From positions 1 to 51,376 of the forward strand of contig DFBM01000090.1 in the NCBI GenBank assembly GCA_002366645.1: a stretch of 51,376 bases of DNA. Reading direction: 5' to 3'. Position numbers and translations under genes: made by a program. Source of the stretch: Rhodobacterales bacterium UBA3080. Lineage in GTDB: Bacteria; Pseudomonadota; Alphaproteobacteria; Rhodobacterales; Rhodobacteraceae. Position 1 is the first letter of the stretch, and each line of letters opens with the position of its first letter. This document shows, one piece after another, positions 1 through 9,643 of this stretch. Below the pieces are notes generated by a model. It made no database searches. It saw only the letters and a program-made list of their open reading frames with translations, and was not told where the DNA came from.

Positions 1-79
1 GTGTGAAATCGTTGAACTTGAAAAATTGACCACAACCGAACGCGGCGAAGGCGGCTTTGGTTCTACGGGGAAAGCGTAA
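1..79 (+). CDS. dut: dUTP diphosphatase, 3' end only (truncated by window edge)
   Basis: Frame from nt 2 reads CEIVELEKLTTTERGEGGFGSTGKA*; RGxGGFGSTG is dUTPase motif V; TAA at 77-79. Confidence 0.88.
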   Translation, partial: CEIVELEKLTTTERGEGGFGSTGKA

Positions 80-80
80 C

Positions 81-530
81 ATGCTAAGAATGTCTCGCAA
101 AATCGTGCTGGCTCTCGAAGCCGTTCTCGATATTGCCTACAACGGTCGTCCTAATCCGGTTCAGTCGAAAGATATCACCGAGCGGCAGGGAATTCCGCAG
201 CGATATCTGGAGCAGGTTCTTCAGCAACTTGTTCGCGCCGGTGTTTTGAAAGGTGTCCGCGGCCCTCGCGGCGGCTACACCTTGGCGCGGGAACGGCGGC
301 GGATCACACTTGGCGACGTACTACGGGTCGTGAACCAGATGGAGAACGAGGAGGATTCGACCATATCCCGAGCCGCCCTTGGCGAGCAGATTATCAACCC
401 GATTTGGGAAGAAATGCAGGAAGACATCCTTAAACATTACGACGCGATCACAATGGAAGATCTATGTCGGGATGCAGAATCCAAAGGAATAAAGCGCGCA
501 GGCGAAGAAAAAGTCAGCTTCACTATTTAG
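81..530 (+). CDS. Rrf2-family transcriptional regulator, CymR-like (no Fe-S Cys triad)
   Basis: I..RQ.IP.RYLEQVL..L...G.L...RGP.GGY.L winged HTH; ATG at 81 immediately after the dut stop; single Cys; C-terminus SFTI. Confidence 0.9.
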   Translation: MLRMSRKIVLALEAVLDIAYNGRPNPVQSKDITERQGIPQRYLEQVLQQLVRAGVLKGVRGPRGGYTLARERRRITLGDVLRVVNQMENEEDSTISRAALGEQIINPIWEEMQEDILKHYDAITMEDLCRDAESKGIKRAGEEKVSFTI

Positions 531-604
531 CGATCAACTCAGCAAGCCCTCTAGCGGGAAGAAGAAATACCTGTAAAATCAGGGTAAAACTAGGGAAGTT
601 ATAA

Positions 605-1555
605 ATGCCAACACCACCACGCGGATTAATCTATGACGATATCACCCAAACGATGGGCGGAACACCACTCGTGCGGCTTTCAAAGTTCGCCAAATCGATG
701 GGTGTGGATACCGAAATCTGCGGCAAGCTAGAGTTTTTCAATCCGATCGGATCGGTGAAAGATCGTATCGGTGTTGGAATGGTTGATGCGCTCGAGGCTT
801 CGGGCGTCTTGAAGCCGGGCGGAACGCTGATCGAACCGACCAGTGGCAACACTGGCATCGCGTTGGCTTTTGTCTGTGCCGCGCGCGGATATAACCTGAT
901 CCTGACCATGCCGGAAAACATGTCTGTCGAACGTCGTAAAATGCTGGCTTTGCTTGGTGCAAAACTGGAAATGACCGATGGCGCAAAAGGAATGAAGGGT
1001 GCTATTGATCGTGCTGAAGAAATGGTTGGCGAGATTGAAGGTGCGATCTTGCCCCAGCAATTCGAAAACCCTTCAAACCCTGCCATTCACGAAGTCACTA
1101 CAGCCGAAGAGATTTGGAAAGATACCGACGGCCAAGTAGATGTTTTCATTTCTGGCGTTGGCACCGGTGGGACCATTACCGGTGTTGGTAAAGTCCTGAA
1201 GCAACGTAATCCGAATGTGCAGATTGTGGCTGTTGAACCGGAAGACAGTCCCGTTCTTTCCGGCGGCATCGCTGGACCACACAAAATTCAGGGCATTGGC
1301 GCGGGGATTGTTCCCGGTGTGCTTGATGTAGATTTGATCGACGAGACCATAACTATCGGAAACGAGACGTCGTTCGAAATGGCGCGCGCTCTGGCCAGCG
1401 CCGAGGGTATTCCGGTTGGCATTTCGTCCGGCGCAGCACTTGCAGCAGCGGTGGAAATCAGCGAGCGGCCAGAAATGGCGGGTAAACGCATCGTCGTAAT
1501 TCTACCAAGCTTCGCCGAGCGCTACCTTTCCACTTCCTTGTTCGACGGCTTGTAA
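605..1555 (+). CDS. cysK: cysteine synthase A (O-acetylserine sulfhydrylase)
   Basis: NP.GSVKDR (PLP Lys), [35 protein letters not shown]. Confidence 0.97.
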   Translation: MPTPPRGLIYDDITQTMGGTPLVRLSKFAKSMGVDTEICGKLEFFNPIGSVKDRIGVGMVDALEASGVLKPGGTLIEPTSGNTGIALAFVCAARGYNLILTMPENMSVERRKMLALLGAKLEMTDGAKGMKGAIDRAEEMVGEIEGAILPQQFENPSNPAIHEVTTAEEIWKDTDGQVDVFISGVGTGGTITGVGKVLKQRNPNVQIVAVEPEDSPVLSGGIAGPHKIQGIGAGIVPGVLDVDLIDETITIGNETSFEMARALASAEGIPVGISSGAALAAAVEISERPEMAGKRIVVILPSFAERYLSTSLFDGL

Positions 1556-1852
1556 ATGCTGGACCGGCTTGCCTCTGGTGGGCTGATTACCGTTATCGTT
1601 ATTGTGCTGATGGCACTTGGATACGCGCGGGTATTAGATGCGCCACGACAGGTTTACATCGGCATTGCGGTAACTTTATTCATGACAATCATAGGCTCGC
1701 AATTTCTGCCCGAGGGGAATATCTTTCGCCAGCGAATAGCCGATAGTTTCGGCCTGTTCGGGCGTATCTTGTTATGGGTGTCACCGGTTATTGCTTATGT
1801 CCTGCTAATTGGATGGATCCGCCGCAAGGCTAAGGGTCCCGAGGGAAAATGA
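1556..1852 (+). CDS. small hypothetical membrane protein (about 3 TM helices)
   Basis: Three hydrophobic stretches and a basic tail; ATG abuts the cysK stop, and its own stop overlaps the moeB start (ATGA). Confidence 0.75.
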   Translation: MLDRLASGGLITVIVIVLMALGYARVLDAPRQVYIGIAVTLFMTIIGSQFLPEGNIFRQRIADSFGLFGRILLWVSPVIAYVLLIGWIRRKAKGPEGK

Positions 1853-2604
1853 TGGAACCAGAAGAGTTAGAACGTTACGCCCGCCACATTGTTTTGCGCG
1901 AGATCGGCGGCACCGGACAACAAAAGCTACGCAAAGCACGCGTTCTGGTGGTTGGGGCCGGAGGATTGGGGTCACCCGTGTTGATGTATCTCGCTGCGGC
2001 TGGTGTTGGAACGTTAGGGATAGTCGATGATGATATCGTCAGCTTGTCCAACCTGCAGCGGCAGGTTTTACATTCCACGCAAAACGTCAACATGCCAAAG
2101 GTTGTTTCGGCAGTGGAGGCGATCTCCCGCATAAATCCGCATGTTATGGTTACTCCGCACCAGACGCGGATTACCCGCGATAACGCCGCTGGAATTGTTA
2201 CCGAATACGATCTGGTGCTCGACGGATCCGATAATTTCGATACACGCTACCTCATGAACGAGATCTGCGTTTCTTTGGGAAAACCGCTAATTTCTGCGGC
2301 AATGAGCCAATGGGAAGGCCAGATAAGCATCTACGATTCCACGGAAAACGGTCCATGTTATGCCTGCGTTTTCCCTGAACGGCCAGCTGACGGCTTGGCC
2401 CCTTCCTGCTCCGAAGCCGGCGTAATGGGCGCACTGGCTGGTGTGATGGGTTCGATGATGGCAGGTGAAGCGATCAAATACATCACCGGCGCGGGTGAAA
2501 ATCTGCGCGGCGAGATGCTGATTTTCGACGCACTCTATGGTGAAACGCGGAAATTCAAATTGGCGAAAAATCCGGACTGCGCGGTTTGCGGCTCCAACGC
2601 TTAA
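1849..2604 (+). CDS. moeB: MoeB/ThiF/HesA-family adenylyltransferase
   Basis: ELERYARHI, GAGGLG, SNLQRQ, DGSDNF.TR, two CxxC zinc motifs (CYAC, CAVC). Confidence 0.9.
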   Translation: MMEPEELERYARHIVLREIGGTGQQKLRKARVLVVGAGGLGSPVLMYLAAAGVGTLGIVDDDIVSLSNLQRQVLHSTQNVNMPKVVSAVEAISRINPHVMVTPHQTRITRDNAAGIVTEYDLVLDGSDNFDTRYLMNEICVSLGKPLISAAMSQWEGQISIYDSTENGPCYACVFPERPADGLAPSCSEAGVMGALAGVMGSMMAGEAIKYITGAGENLRGEMLIFDALYGETRKFKLAKNPDCAVCGSNA

Positions 2605-3587
2605 AGCATACTTGGCACAACCTGATCCGGCGGGCGGTGCCCGTCTGCAAAGGTTTTGATATTGATGATAACCTTCTCGCCCATCTCTATGCGCCCTTCT
2701 ACGGTTGCCGAACCCATGTGCGGCAGCAGCAAAACGTTGTCCAATCCTTTTAGTCGTGGATTGATATCATTGCCGTGTTCGAAAACATCAAGACCGGCCC
2801 CAGCCAATTCGCCAGAGCGCAACATTCTGGTCAACGCGTTTTCGTCAACGATTTCGCCACGGGCCGTGTTGATAATGAAGGAGGTTGGCTTCATCAGCTT
2901 CAAACGCCGCGCATTCAGCAAATGGAACGTCCCCGGAGTATGCGGACAATGAATCGACAAAATATCGACACGTGCCAACATTTGATCAAGACTTTCCCAA
3001 TAGGTCGCTTCTAACGCGGCTTCGGTATCAAGATGCAGTCGGCGACGGTTGTGGTAATGAACCTGCAATCCAAAAGCTTTCGCGCGTCGCGCCACCGCTT
3101 GGCCAATTCGACCCATTCCAAGAATTCCGAGCCGCTTTCCGGTAATCCGGTGCCCCATGAGCGCCGTAGGAGACCAGCCCTGCCACTCCCCTCTTTGCAT
3201 CAGAACGGTGCCTTCGCGCAGTCGGCGCGGAACAGCCAAAATCATTGCCATAGTCATATCGGCAGTGTCATCCGTTAAAACACCCGGGGTGTTAGAAACC
3301 ATGATTCCGCGCTGCAAGGCTGTTTGCACATCAATATGATCGAACCCTGCCCCATAGTTTGCGATCAACCGAAGGTTCTTGCCGGCGTGGGCCAGTAATT
3401 TTTGATCGATCACATCACCGAGGGTTGGCACCAGAATGTCTGCGCGCTTCACAGCATCCACAAGCGCAGCCGCATCCATCTTTTCATCGGTTTCGTTAAG
3501 CTCTACATCAAAAAGTTCCCGCATGCGCGTTTCTACCGGTTCCGGAAGGCGGCGGGTTACAATGACTTTCAACGGTGCGTTTGTCAT
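2601..3587 (-). CDS. D-isomer 2-hydroxyacid dehydrogenase (glyoxylate/glycerate reductase type)
   Basis: NTPGVLT, GMGRIG, INTARG, AGLDVFE, LPHMGSAT. Confidence 0.92.
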   Translation of the reverse strand: MTNAPLKVIVTRRLPEPVETRMRELFDVELNETDEKMDAAALVDAVKRADILVPTLGDVIDQKLLAHAGKNLRLIANYGAGFDHIDVQTALQRGIMVSNTPGVLTDDTADMTMAMILAVPRRLREGTVLMQRGEWQGWSPTALMGHRITGKRLGILGMGRIGQAVARRAKAFGLQVHYHNRRRLHLDTEAALEATYWESLDQMLARVDILSIHCPHTPGTFHLLNARRLKLMKPTSFIINTARGEIVDENALTRMLRSGELAGAGLDVFEHGNDINPRLKGLDNVLLLPHMGSATVEGRIEMGEKVIINIKTFADGHRPPDQVVPSML

Positions 3588-3702
3588 ATTGAATTTATGT
3601 CCTCGGCTTGAAAACTTTCTGTTAACATGCCAGCAAAGGAACGGCGGGGGAATGGCAAAAATGTCAAACTCCGCGATACAGGCTAATTACGGGCGAATTA
3701 TT

Positions 3703-4230
3703 ATGCAGAAACCCAGGCGGCATTTATTGCAAGCCTTCTCGGTAGCGATCCTACTATCATTGGCACCGCTGTCAGTATTCGGGCAGCAGGCTGCGGAGCC
3801 TTCGCTCGGGCAGGTCACTGATTTACCGTTGCCCAGATTTGTCAGCTTAAAAGTTACGAAAGCAAATGTTCGACGCGGGCCGAGCCAGTCGCACCGTATC
3901 GACTGGGTTTTCATGCATCGCGGCACACCATTGCAGATTACCGCCGAGTTTGAACATTGGCGGCGCGTGCGAGATCAGGACAATGTCGGCGGCTGGATCC
4001 ATTACTCGCTATTGAGCGGTCACCGGACCATAGTTATTCAAGGTCAGCGCATTCCTCTACATGCCGATCCGGATGAAACGTCGGCTACAGTTGCGCTGGC
4101 AGAAAAGGGTGTAATCGGTTCATTGGGCGCTTGCCTGCCAAATTGGTGCGAGATCGAAACCGGCGATTTCAAAGGCTGGGTAATGAAGTCTGAAATTTGG
4201 GGTGTTGGCGCAGCGGAAATTCGCGAATAA
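3703..4230 (+). CDS. exported bacterial SH3-domain protein
   Basis: Signal-peptide-like N-terminus, then LPLPRFVSLK...NVRRGPS..HRIDW...EFEHWRRVRD...GWIHYSLLSG; start uncertain (3661 or 3703). Confidence 0.85.
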   Translation: MQKPRRHLLQAFSVAILLSLAPLSVFGQQAAEPSLGQVTDLPLPRFVSLKVTKANVRRGPSQSHRIDWVFMHRGTPLQITAEFEHWRRVRDQDNVGGWIHYSLLSGHRTIVIQGQRIPLHADPDETSATVALAEKGVIGSLGACLPNWCEIETGDFKGWVMKSEIWGVGAAEIRE

Positions 4231-4331
4231 GGACCAACCGCGCTTTTTCCCCGCCACTCGACTATTGCCCGTATTTCATGACGGGAGTAGACTCTGCCCG
4301 GACTCGAATTTTTAATTTGGAGATTATTATC

Positions 4332-5792
4332 ATGAATAAACTAGTAGCCACTTTTACGGCCGTCGCAATTGCTGGAACCGCTAACTACGCGGTTGCGCAA
4401 AACCAATTGGAAACTACGCTCGATCTGGTTGTTCGTGGTATGATGGACGAAGGCTCAACCGTTTCCTACGACGAGCGGGTTATTGGTGACGACGGTAGTG
4501 TTGAGTATGTGAACCTCGTTATCTCGGCACCCGATGACGAAGTCACCTTCTCCACCGACTGGATCAAAGGCAGTCCGTCGGCATCCGATCCGGAAGTTGT
4601 CATCTTCACTGTCGCCGACGTTATCAACGTTTCCGGTATTGCCGAAGGTGTCGACTTTGCGTTCGACATAAAGTCCAGCGGGCTAGAACTTACGACCAAC
4701 GGTCTTCTGCGGGAAGCAATGAGCACGGCAGACGTTTCCGTGACCTTTGAGGCAGATTCATTCCTGGTTGATGGCGGCGACCCAGACAGCCCGGTTTTGC
4801 GGAAAATCTTCGCGGATATCGGCGAAGTCGACTTTGAAATTCTTGCGTCCCAAGAAAACATGTTTGTTGAAGGTAGTCTGAACACCGGTAAGTTCGATAT
4901 TGCCTATGATTATACTTTCGAAGGCCAAACGCAGCTTGTTGATCAATCAACTGAATCGGTCTCTGTTGCATTTGAATTCGATATTCCTGCCGACGAAGAA
5001 GATACCTTTGGGTATCTCGACGGTAGCAAATCGGCCAACTTCGAAATGTCGAGCGGGCCGAGCGAATTTGAATCCTCGATGGATGCGGATGGTGTTGTTC
5101 TAGATATGGCGGGAACTTCCGGCGCAAGCTCGATGATACTCACAATGATCGACGGTTCTTTGACATACGACGTATCCGCCGAAGGGTTTGATATGGTCGT
5201 AACTCCCGGCGCCGGCATGCCAATTCCACCAGTGGAAATCGGTATGGGCGAGATGGGAATGAAATTGATCATCCCTGCCGGTTCCGCCGACGCCCCTGCA
5301 GAGATGGTTGTCGACATACTGTTCGCGGATTTCGTGGTTGGCGAAGGCCTTTGGTCGATGATCGATCCGGACCAAACAATTTCGCGCGATCCAGCGCAAC
5401 TGGATATTGATCTTGAGGCGCTGGTGCAAATCGACGCCATGTCCGCAATCGTCAACGACGACCCGACGACTGCCGGAACGATCCACAGCCTTGATATCAA
5501 TCAGATCTTGCTATCTGTCGGTGGCGCATCCATTCAAGCCGACGGGGCTGCAACTTTTGACAACTCCGGTCCAATCCCAATGCCGCTCGGTTCGATTAAC
5601 ATCGAGTTGAATGGCATTTCAACACTGACGAACCAGCTAGTTGCGCTTGGTTTGCTCGACCAGATGCAAGCCGATATGGCCATGGGCATGATGATGGCGT
5701 TTGGAAAACCCGGAGCGAAAGTTGACCAGTTCATCTCCGAGATCACATTCTCGGAAAACGGGATTTTGGCGAATGGTCAACCGATCCAGTAA
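4332..5792 (+). CDS. exported acidic protein, DUF2125-like
   Basis: GGAG SD before ATG 4332; signal peptide; C-terminal P.G.I.I...G...L...L..LGLL...MMMAF...S.I...NGQ pattern. Confidence 0.7.
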   Translation: MNKLVATFTAVAIAGTANYAVAQNQLETTLDLVVRGMMDEGSTVSYDERVIGDDGSVEYVNLVISAPDDEVTFSTDWIKGSPSASDPEVVIFTVADVINVSGIAEGVDFAFDIKSSGLELTTNGLLREAMSTADVSVTFEADSFLVDGGDPDSPVLRKIFADIGEVDFEILASQENMFVEGSLNTGKFDIAYDYTFEGQTQLVDQSTESVSVAFEFDIPADEEDTFGYLDGSKSANFEMSSGPSEFESSMDADGVVLDMAGTSGASSMILTMIDGSLTYDVSAEGFDMVVTPGAGMPIPPVEIGMGEMGMKLIIPAGSADAPAEMVVDILFADFVVGEGLWSMIDPDQTISRDPAQLDIDLEALVQIDAMSAIVNDDPTTAGTIHSLDINQILLSVGGASIQADGAATFDNSGPIPMPLGSINIELNGISTLTNQLVALGLLDQMQADMAMGMMMAFGKPGAKVDQFISEITFSENGILANGQPIQ

Positions 5793-5812
5793 GCCGGTTT
5801 AAAAAGAAACAG

Positions 5813-5845
5813 AGGCCCGCCGGATATTTCGGCGGGCCTTTTTTT
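5813..5845. terminator. intrinsic terminator, probably bidirectional
   Basis: AGGCCCGCCG-gatattt-CGGCGGGCCT followed by a T run, with an A-rich tract upstream, between convergent genes. Confidence 0.85.
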
Positions 5846-6452
5846 ATCTGCTACGTCGCAAATAGACGTAATACGCCCCGCCCCCGCCGTGTTTGGCGTG
5901 TGCTGGTGTAATCTCTAAAATCATCGGTTTTAGATCCGCCCTACTCAGCCAATGCGGCAAGCTATGGCGCAAAATCCCCTGTCGGCTCGGCATAATGCCT
6001 TCTTCCTGTCGAGTTGAATTACCTTTACCGGTGATAACCAACGCCAGACGCTTACCGGCCGCGTGGCTACGGTGGATAAAGGCGGTAAGTTCGGAATGGG
6101 CTTCGGCGGCGGTCATGCCATGCAGGTCCAGACGCGCGTCTGGCCGCATCTTGCCTTTGCGAAGCCGTTCAAAATTCCGGCGGTCCATCTGGTTGCCCGG
6201 TTTTTCGCTGGCTTTCATAGGGTCCGGCGCAAGATTTATCGTTACATGCGCTTCCGGCGTGACACCCCGGATCCGCGTCAACGGCCGTATAACCGGGCGC
6301 GGCGGCTTTTGTGCCAACGGGGCGTGAACGGGGTCTGGCGCAAAATCCGGGGATTTGGTCGCAACTGGTCGCAGCGGAATAGTAGTTTCCGCAACCCTCG
6401 ACCAAACCTCGTGATCTTCCTCGCTTAGTTTCCCGCGTTTACGTCGTGCCAT
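5844..6452 (-). CDS. Smr/MutS2-domain protein
   Basis: ARLDLHGMT, LVITGKG, HGGGGAYYVYLRR. Confidence 0.92.
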   Translation of the reverse strand: MARRKRGKLSEEDHEVWSRVAETTIPLRPVATKSPDFAPDPVHAPLAQKPPRPVIRPLTRIRGVTPEAHVTINLAPDPMKASEKPGNQMDRRNFERLRKGKMRPDARLDLHGMTAAEAHSELTAFIHRSHAAGKRLALVITGKGNSTRQEEGIMPSRQGILRHSLPHWLSRADLKPMILEITPAHAKHGGGGAYYVYLRRSR

Positions 6453-6463
6453 ATCAAAACAGC

Positions 6464-7126
6464 TTACGCCCCGGTTCCAACAAGAAGCCAGTTCGGATTG
6501 TCACCGCCCATAAGTCGCGCGAACGTCCAGAAATCCGACTGTTTTTTCACAGCCGTAGCGCTGCCTTCGACAACTTCGCCAGCTGCATCGCGAACCACCG
6601 ATGTCAGTTCACCAACGAATTTCATGGTGATATCAGCTTCGCTATTTTCTTCGTCGAAATGCGCTTCGATCAGTTTAACGCCGCTTACACCGACGAATGT
6701 CGCCTCTACCGAAAGCCCGCTGTCGGCGCGTGCCGTAATAACTGAAGCGAACGACTCGTAAACATCGGGTGCAAGATATTGCTCAAGGAACTCCAGATCG
6801 CCATTCTCGAAAGCCATCAGGATCATTTCGTAAGCCTGTCGCGCACCACGTGTGAATTCCGATACGTTAAAGCCGGGTTCAATACGCTTCATCGCCGCCA
6901 AGGCTTTACCTGAGTCACTTTCGATTTCGATATGATCGGAAATATCAAAATCCGTACCACCACCATCAATCACTTCAAACTTGCGCTTACTGTCCGAAGA
7001 TGCGGCTGGAGCTGGTTTCGTGGTATCTTCGAAACCATCACGCGTCCCAAGCACACTGCGAAGTCGCAGCACTAGAAAAACTGCAACACCTGCAAGAACT
7101 ATGATTTGAACCAACTGCGAACCCAT
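6464..7126 (-). CDS. Tim44/TimA-family membrane-anchored adaptor
   Basis: N-terminal TM, LRSVLGTRDGFE, F..GARQAYEMILMAF, WTFAR...NPNW.LV.T; GAGG SD before ATG 7126. Confidence 0.9.
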   Translation of the reverse strand: MGSQLVQIIVLAGVAVFLVLRLRSVLGTRDGFEDTTKPAPAASSDSKRKFEVIDGGGTDFDISDHIEIESDSGKALAAMKRIEPGFNVSEFTRGARQAYEMILMAFENGDLEFLEQYLAPDVYESFASVITARADSGLSVEATFVGVSGVKLIEAHFDEENSEADITMKFVGELTSVVRDAAGEVVEGSATAVKKQSDFWTFARLMGGDNPNWLLVGTGA

Positions 7127-7243
7127 CGGGACGACCTCTCGAAAAAAAATTTGGCCAAACATTGGTGTTTAACCTATTCGCTACCTATGTAAGCATTGTC
7201 TAGGATCAAGTCCATTGGTCCAACGTAACTTTGGAAAAGGCAT

Positions 7244-7732
7244 ATGTGGCTATTTTTTCTATTCGTAGCGGTTCCGATCATCGAGATTGGGTTGTTCATT
7301 CAGGTCGGCGGATTTCTAGGTCTTTGGCCGACGCTGGCAATTGTGGTTCTGACGGCATTCGTCGGGACGGCACTGATGCGCGCACAAGGCGTCGCGGCTT
7401 TGCAAAAACTACAGAAAAATATCGAATCTGGCGGTAATCCGACCGATCCTATAGCAAACGGCGCGTTTATTCTTGTTGCCGGCCTATTGTTGCTTACGCC
7501 GGGGTTCTTTACCGATGCAATCGGTTTTTCGTTGCTCATTCCACCGGTTCGCCAAGCCCTTATCCGCGCAGTCGCAGCCCGGTTGAAGTCGCGTGTCGAA
7601 ACATATGCCACTGGCTACCAATCCCAGACCAAATACGCCTCGGAAACGGTTCTCGAAGGCGATTTCGAGGTGGTTGAAGATAACGTAAACGGCAAGCCCG
7701 GCAATTCCGGATGGACAAGACCAGACGCTTGA
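7244..7732 (+). CDS. fxsA: FxsA family membrane protein
   Basis: VPIIEIGLFIQVGG.LG, LLLTPGFFTD. Confidence 0.93.
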   Translation: MWLFFLFVAVPIIEIGLFIQVGGFLGLWPTLAIVVLTAFVGTALMRAQGVAALQKLQKNIESGGNPTDPIANGAFILVAGLLLLTPGFFTDAIGFSLLIPPVRQALIRAVAARLKSRVETYATGYQSQTKYASETVLEGDFEVVEDNVNGKPGNSGWTRPDA

Positions 7733-7810
7733 ATCAAGCGATTGTTCCTCTCGTCCAGAAGTGATATTGCCATTCGCAGTAATTCAAACCCAATCAGGAA
7801 TTTCGTTCAA

Positions 7811-8308
7811 ATGGCAGAAGAGAATACAGACGCAGCAGAAGGCGCTGCCCCGCAGCAACCCCGCGTTCAGATCCTTAACCAATACATTCGCGATCTTTCG
7901 TTCGAAAACGTCGCCGTGCAAAATGGCAAAGTACCCGAAGGTAACACCGCTTTTGAAGTCCAGATCAGTCTGGATGCACGGAAACTGGGTGAAAACCAAT
8001 ATGAAGTCATTAACAAACTGAAAGTTAATGCGAGTTCGGGCGAAGATAAGATATTCATTCTGGAACTGGACTATGCCGGTCGTTTCGCCATTCAAAACAT
8101 ACCGAACGACCAATTGCACCCGTTCTTGATGGTCGAATGTCCACGTATGATATTCCCATACCTGCGTCGAGTTGTAGGCGATATCACGCGCGATGGTGGC
8201 TACCCGCCGCTAAACCTCGATAACATTGATTTCGTTGCGCTTTACCGCAATGAACTGGCGCGTATGGCGCAGGCACAGGAAGAAGCCAAAACCGCTACGG
8301 TTTCCTGA
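7811..8308 (+). CDS. secB: protein-export chaperone SecB
   Basis: QYIRDLSFEN, ECPRMIFPYLR, GGYPPLNLDNIDFVALY. Confidence 0.96.
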   Translation: MAEENTDAAEGAAPQQPRVQILNQYIRDLSFENVAVQNGKVPEGNTAFEVQISLDARKLGENQYEVINKLKVNASSGEDKIFILELDYAGRFAIQNIPNDQLHPFLMVECPRMIFPYLRRVVGDITRDGGYPPLNLDNIDFVALYRNELARMAQAQEEAKTATVS

Positions 8309-8328
8309 TCTTCCCTAAATGCTCTACG

Positions 8329-8354
8329 AAGGCGGCTCTACGGCCGCCTTTTTT
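8329..8354 (+). terminator. intrinsic terminator after secB
   Basis: AAGGCGGC-tctacg-GCCGCCTT followed by TTTT, between convergent secB and dnaQ. Confidence 0.75.
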
Positions 8355-9045
8355 ATTTGAACCGCTTCCAGATGGCGTTTTCGCCCAGTTTCTCGACAAA
8401 GGCATCATGCGCCACCTTTTCCGCATCGGATAACCTTGGTGGCAACGGCTGGCGCCGTTGCGATGGCGACCAGTTCAATGCATCGCTTTTATCACCACCG
8501 TCGTTTGTCGAAACTACCGACAAAGTAAAATCTGGCTGGCGGCCGCCAATCAGCTCGAGATACACCTCGGCAAGTATCTCGGAATCAAGCAACGCGCCGT
8601 GAAGCTCCCGTTCGGTTTGAATCCCGAACCTGCGACAGAGCGCGTCCAGCGAGTTTTGCGCGCCCGGAAACTTTTTGCGCGCTATCGCCAACGTATCAAT
8701 CGCTTGTGCCCAAGGGAGTGATGGCCGTTCCACCCATTTCAGCTCTGCATTGATAAACTTCATATCAAAACTGGCATTGTGAATAACCAGCTTGGACTCC
8801 CCGACAAAGTCGAGAAACGTTTGTGCAATATCCGTGAATAGCGGCTTGTCGGACAGAAATTTTTCGCTCAACCCGTGTACCGCAAACGCGCCCTCAGGCA
8901 TATCGCGCTGCGGATTAATGTATTGGTGATACGTTTTGCCTGTTGGCATGTGGTTGAACAGCTCTACGCCGCCAATCTCGACAATCCGGTCGCCGGTGTT
9001 GGGGTCCAGACCAGTCGTCTCCGTATCCATTACGATTTCACGCAT
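8353..9045 (-). CDS. dnaQ: DNA polymerase III epsilon subunit
   Basis: DTETTG, HNASFD, HGALLDSEILAEVY (DEDDh exonuclease motifs). Confidence 0.96.
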   Translation of the reverse strand: MREIVMDTETTGLDPNTGDRIVEIGGVELFNHMPTGKTYHQYINPQRDMPEGAFAVHGLSEKFLSDKPLFTDIAQTFLDFVGESKLVIHNASFDMKFINAELKWVERPSLPWAQAIDTLAIARKKFPGAQNSLDALCRRFGIQTERELHGALLDSEILAEVYLELIGGRQPDFTLSVVSTNDGGDKSDALNWSPSQRRQPLPPRLSDAEKVAHDAFVEKLGENAIWKRFK

Positions 9046-9643
9046 TGTGGTCTCCGGTTAGTCGTTCAATCAAAGACAATACATCGGCCCGAGCATGATC
9101 CATACCCTCGCTCGTATCAATAAGGAAGTCAGCGCGTTCACGCTTTTCGTTGTCGGGCATTTGCTTGGCAAGAATGGTGTCATAAACCTCTTCGGTCATC
9201 CCTTCCCGCTCCATAACGCGTTGTTTTTGGGTTGCTTTATCAGCTGTCACTACAAGAACCCCATCCAGCCACAAATTCGCAGAGGTTTCAAAAAGCAAAG
9301 GTATATCGCACACGATAAGTTTGGCGTCTTCACAAGTCTCGATGAACTCCAACCGGTCCTCAGCGACAATCGGATGCACTACTGCTTCGATCTTCTCCAG
9401 CAACCCTTCCGTATCCATAACAGCCTTGCGTAAAGCGCTACGGTCAACCGCGCCATCTCTGATGGCGGCGGGTGCGAGGACTTCAATGGCCCGAGCCCCC
9501 GCTCCTCCGGCCATATATAACCGATGAACCGTCGCATCAGCGTCCCACACCGGCACGCCTGCGTCGCGGAAAAACCCGGCGGTCGTTGTTTTGCCCATAC
9601 CGATGGAACCGGTTAAACCAAGAATGTACGGTCTTTCCATCAT
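9038..9643 (-). CDS. coaE: dephospho-CoA kinase
   Basis: GLTGSIGMGKTT, DAD..VH.LY, DIPLLFE. Confidence 0.95.
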   Translation of the reverse strand: MMERPYILGLTGSIGMGKTTTAGFFRDAGVPVWDADATVHRLYMAGGAGARAIEVLAPAAIRDGAVDRSALRKAVMDTEGLLEKIEAVVHPIVAEDRLEFIETCEDAKLIVCDIPLLFETSANLWLDGVLVVTADKATQKQRVMEREGMTEEVYDTILAKQMPDNEKRERADFLIDTSEGMDHARADVLSLIERLTGDHNA

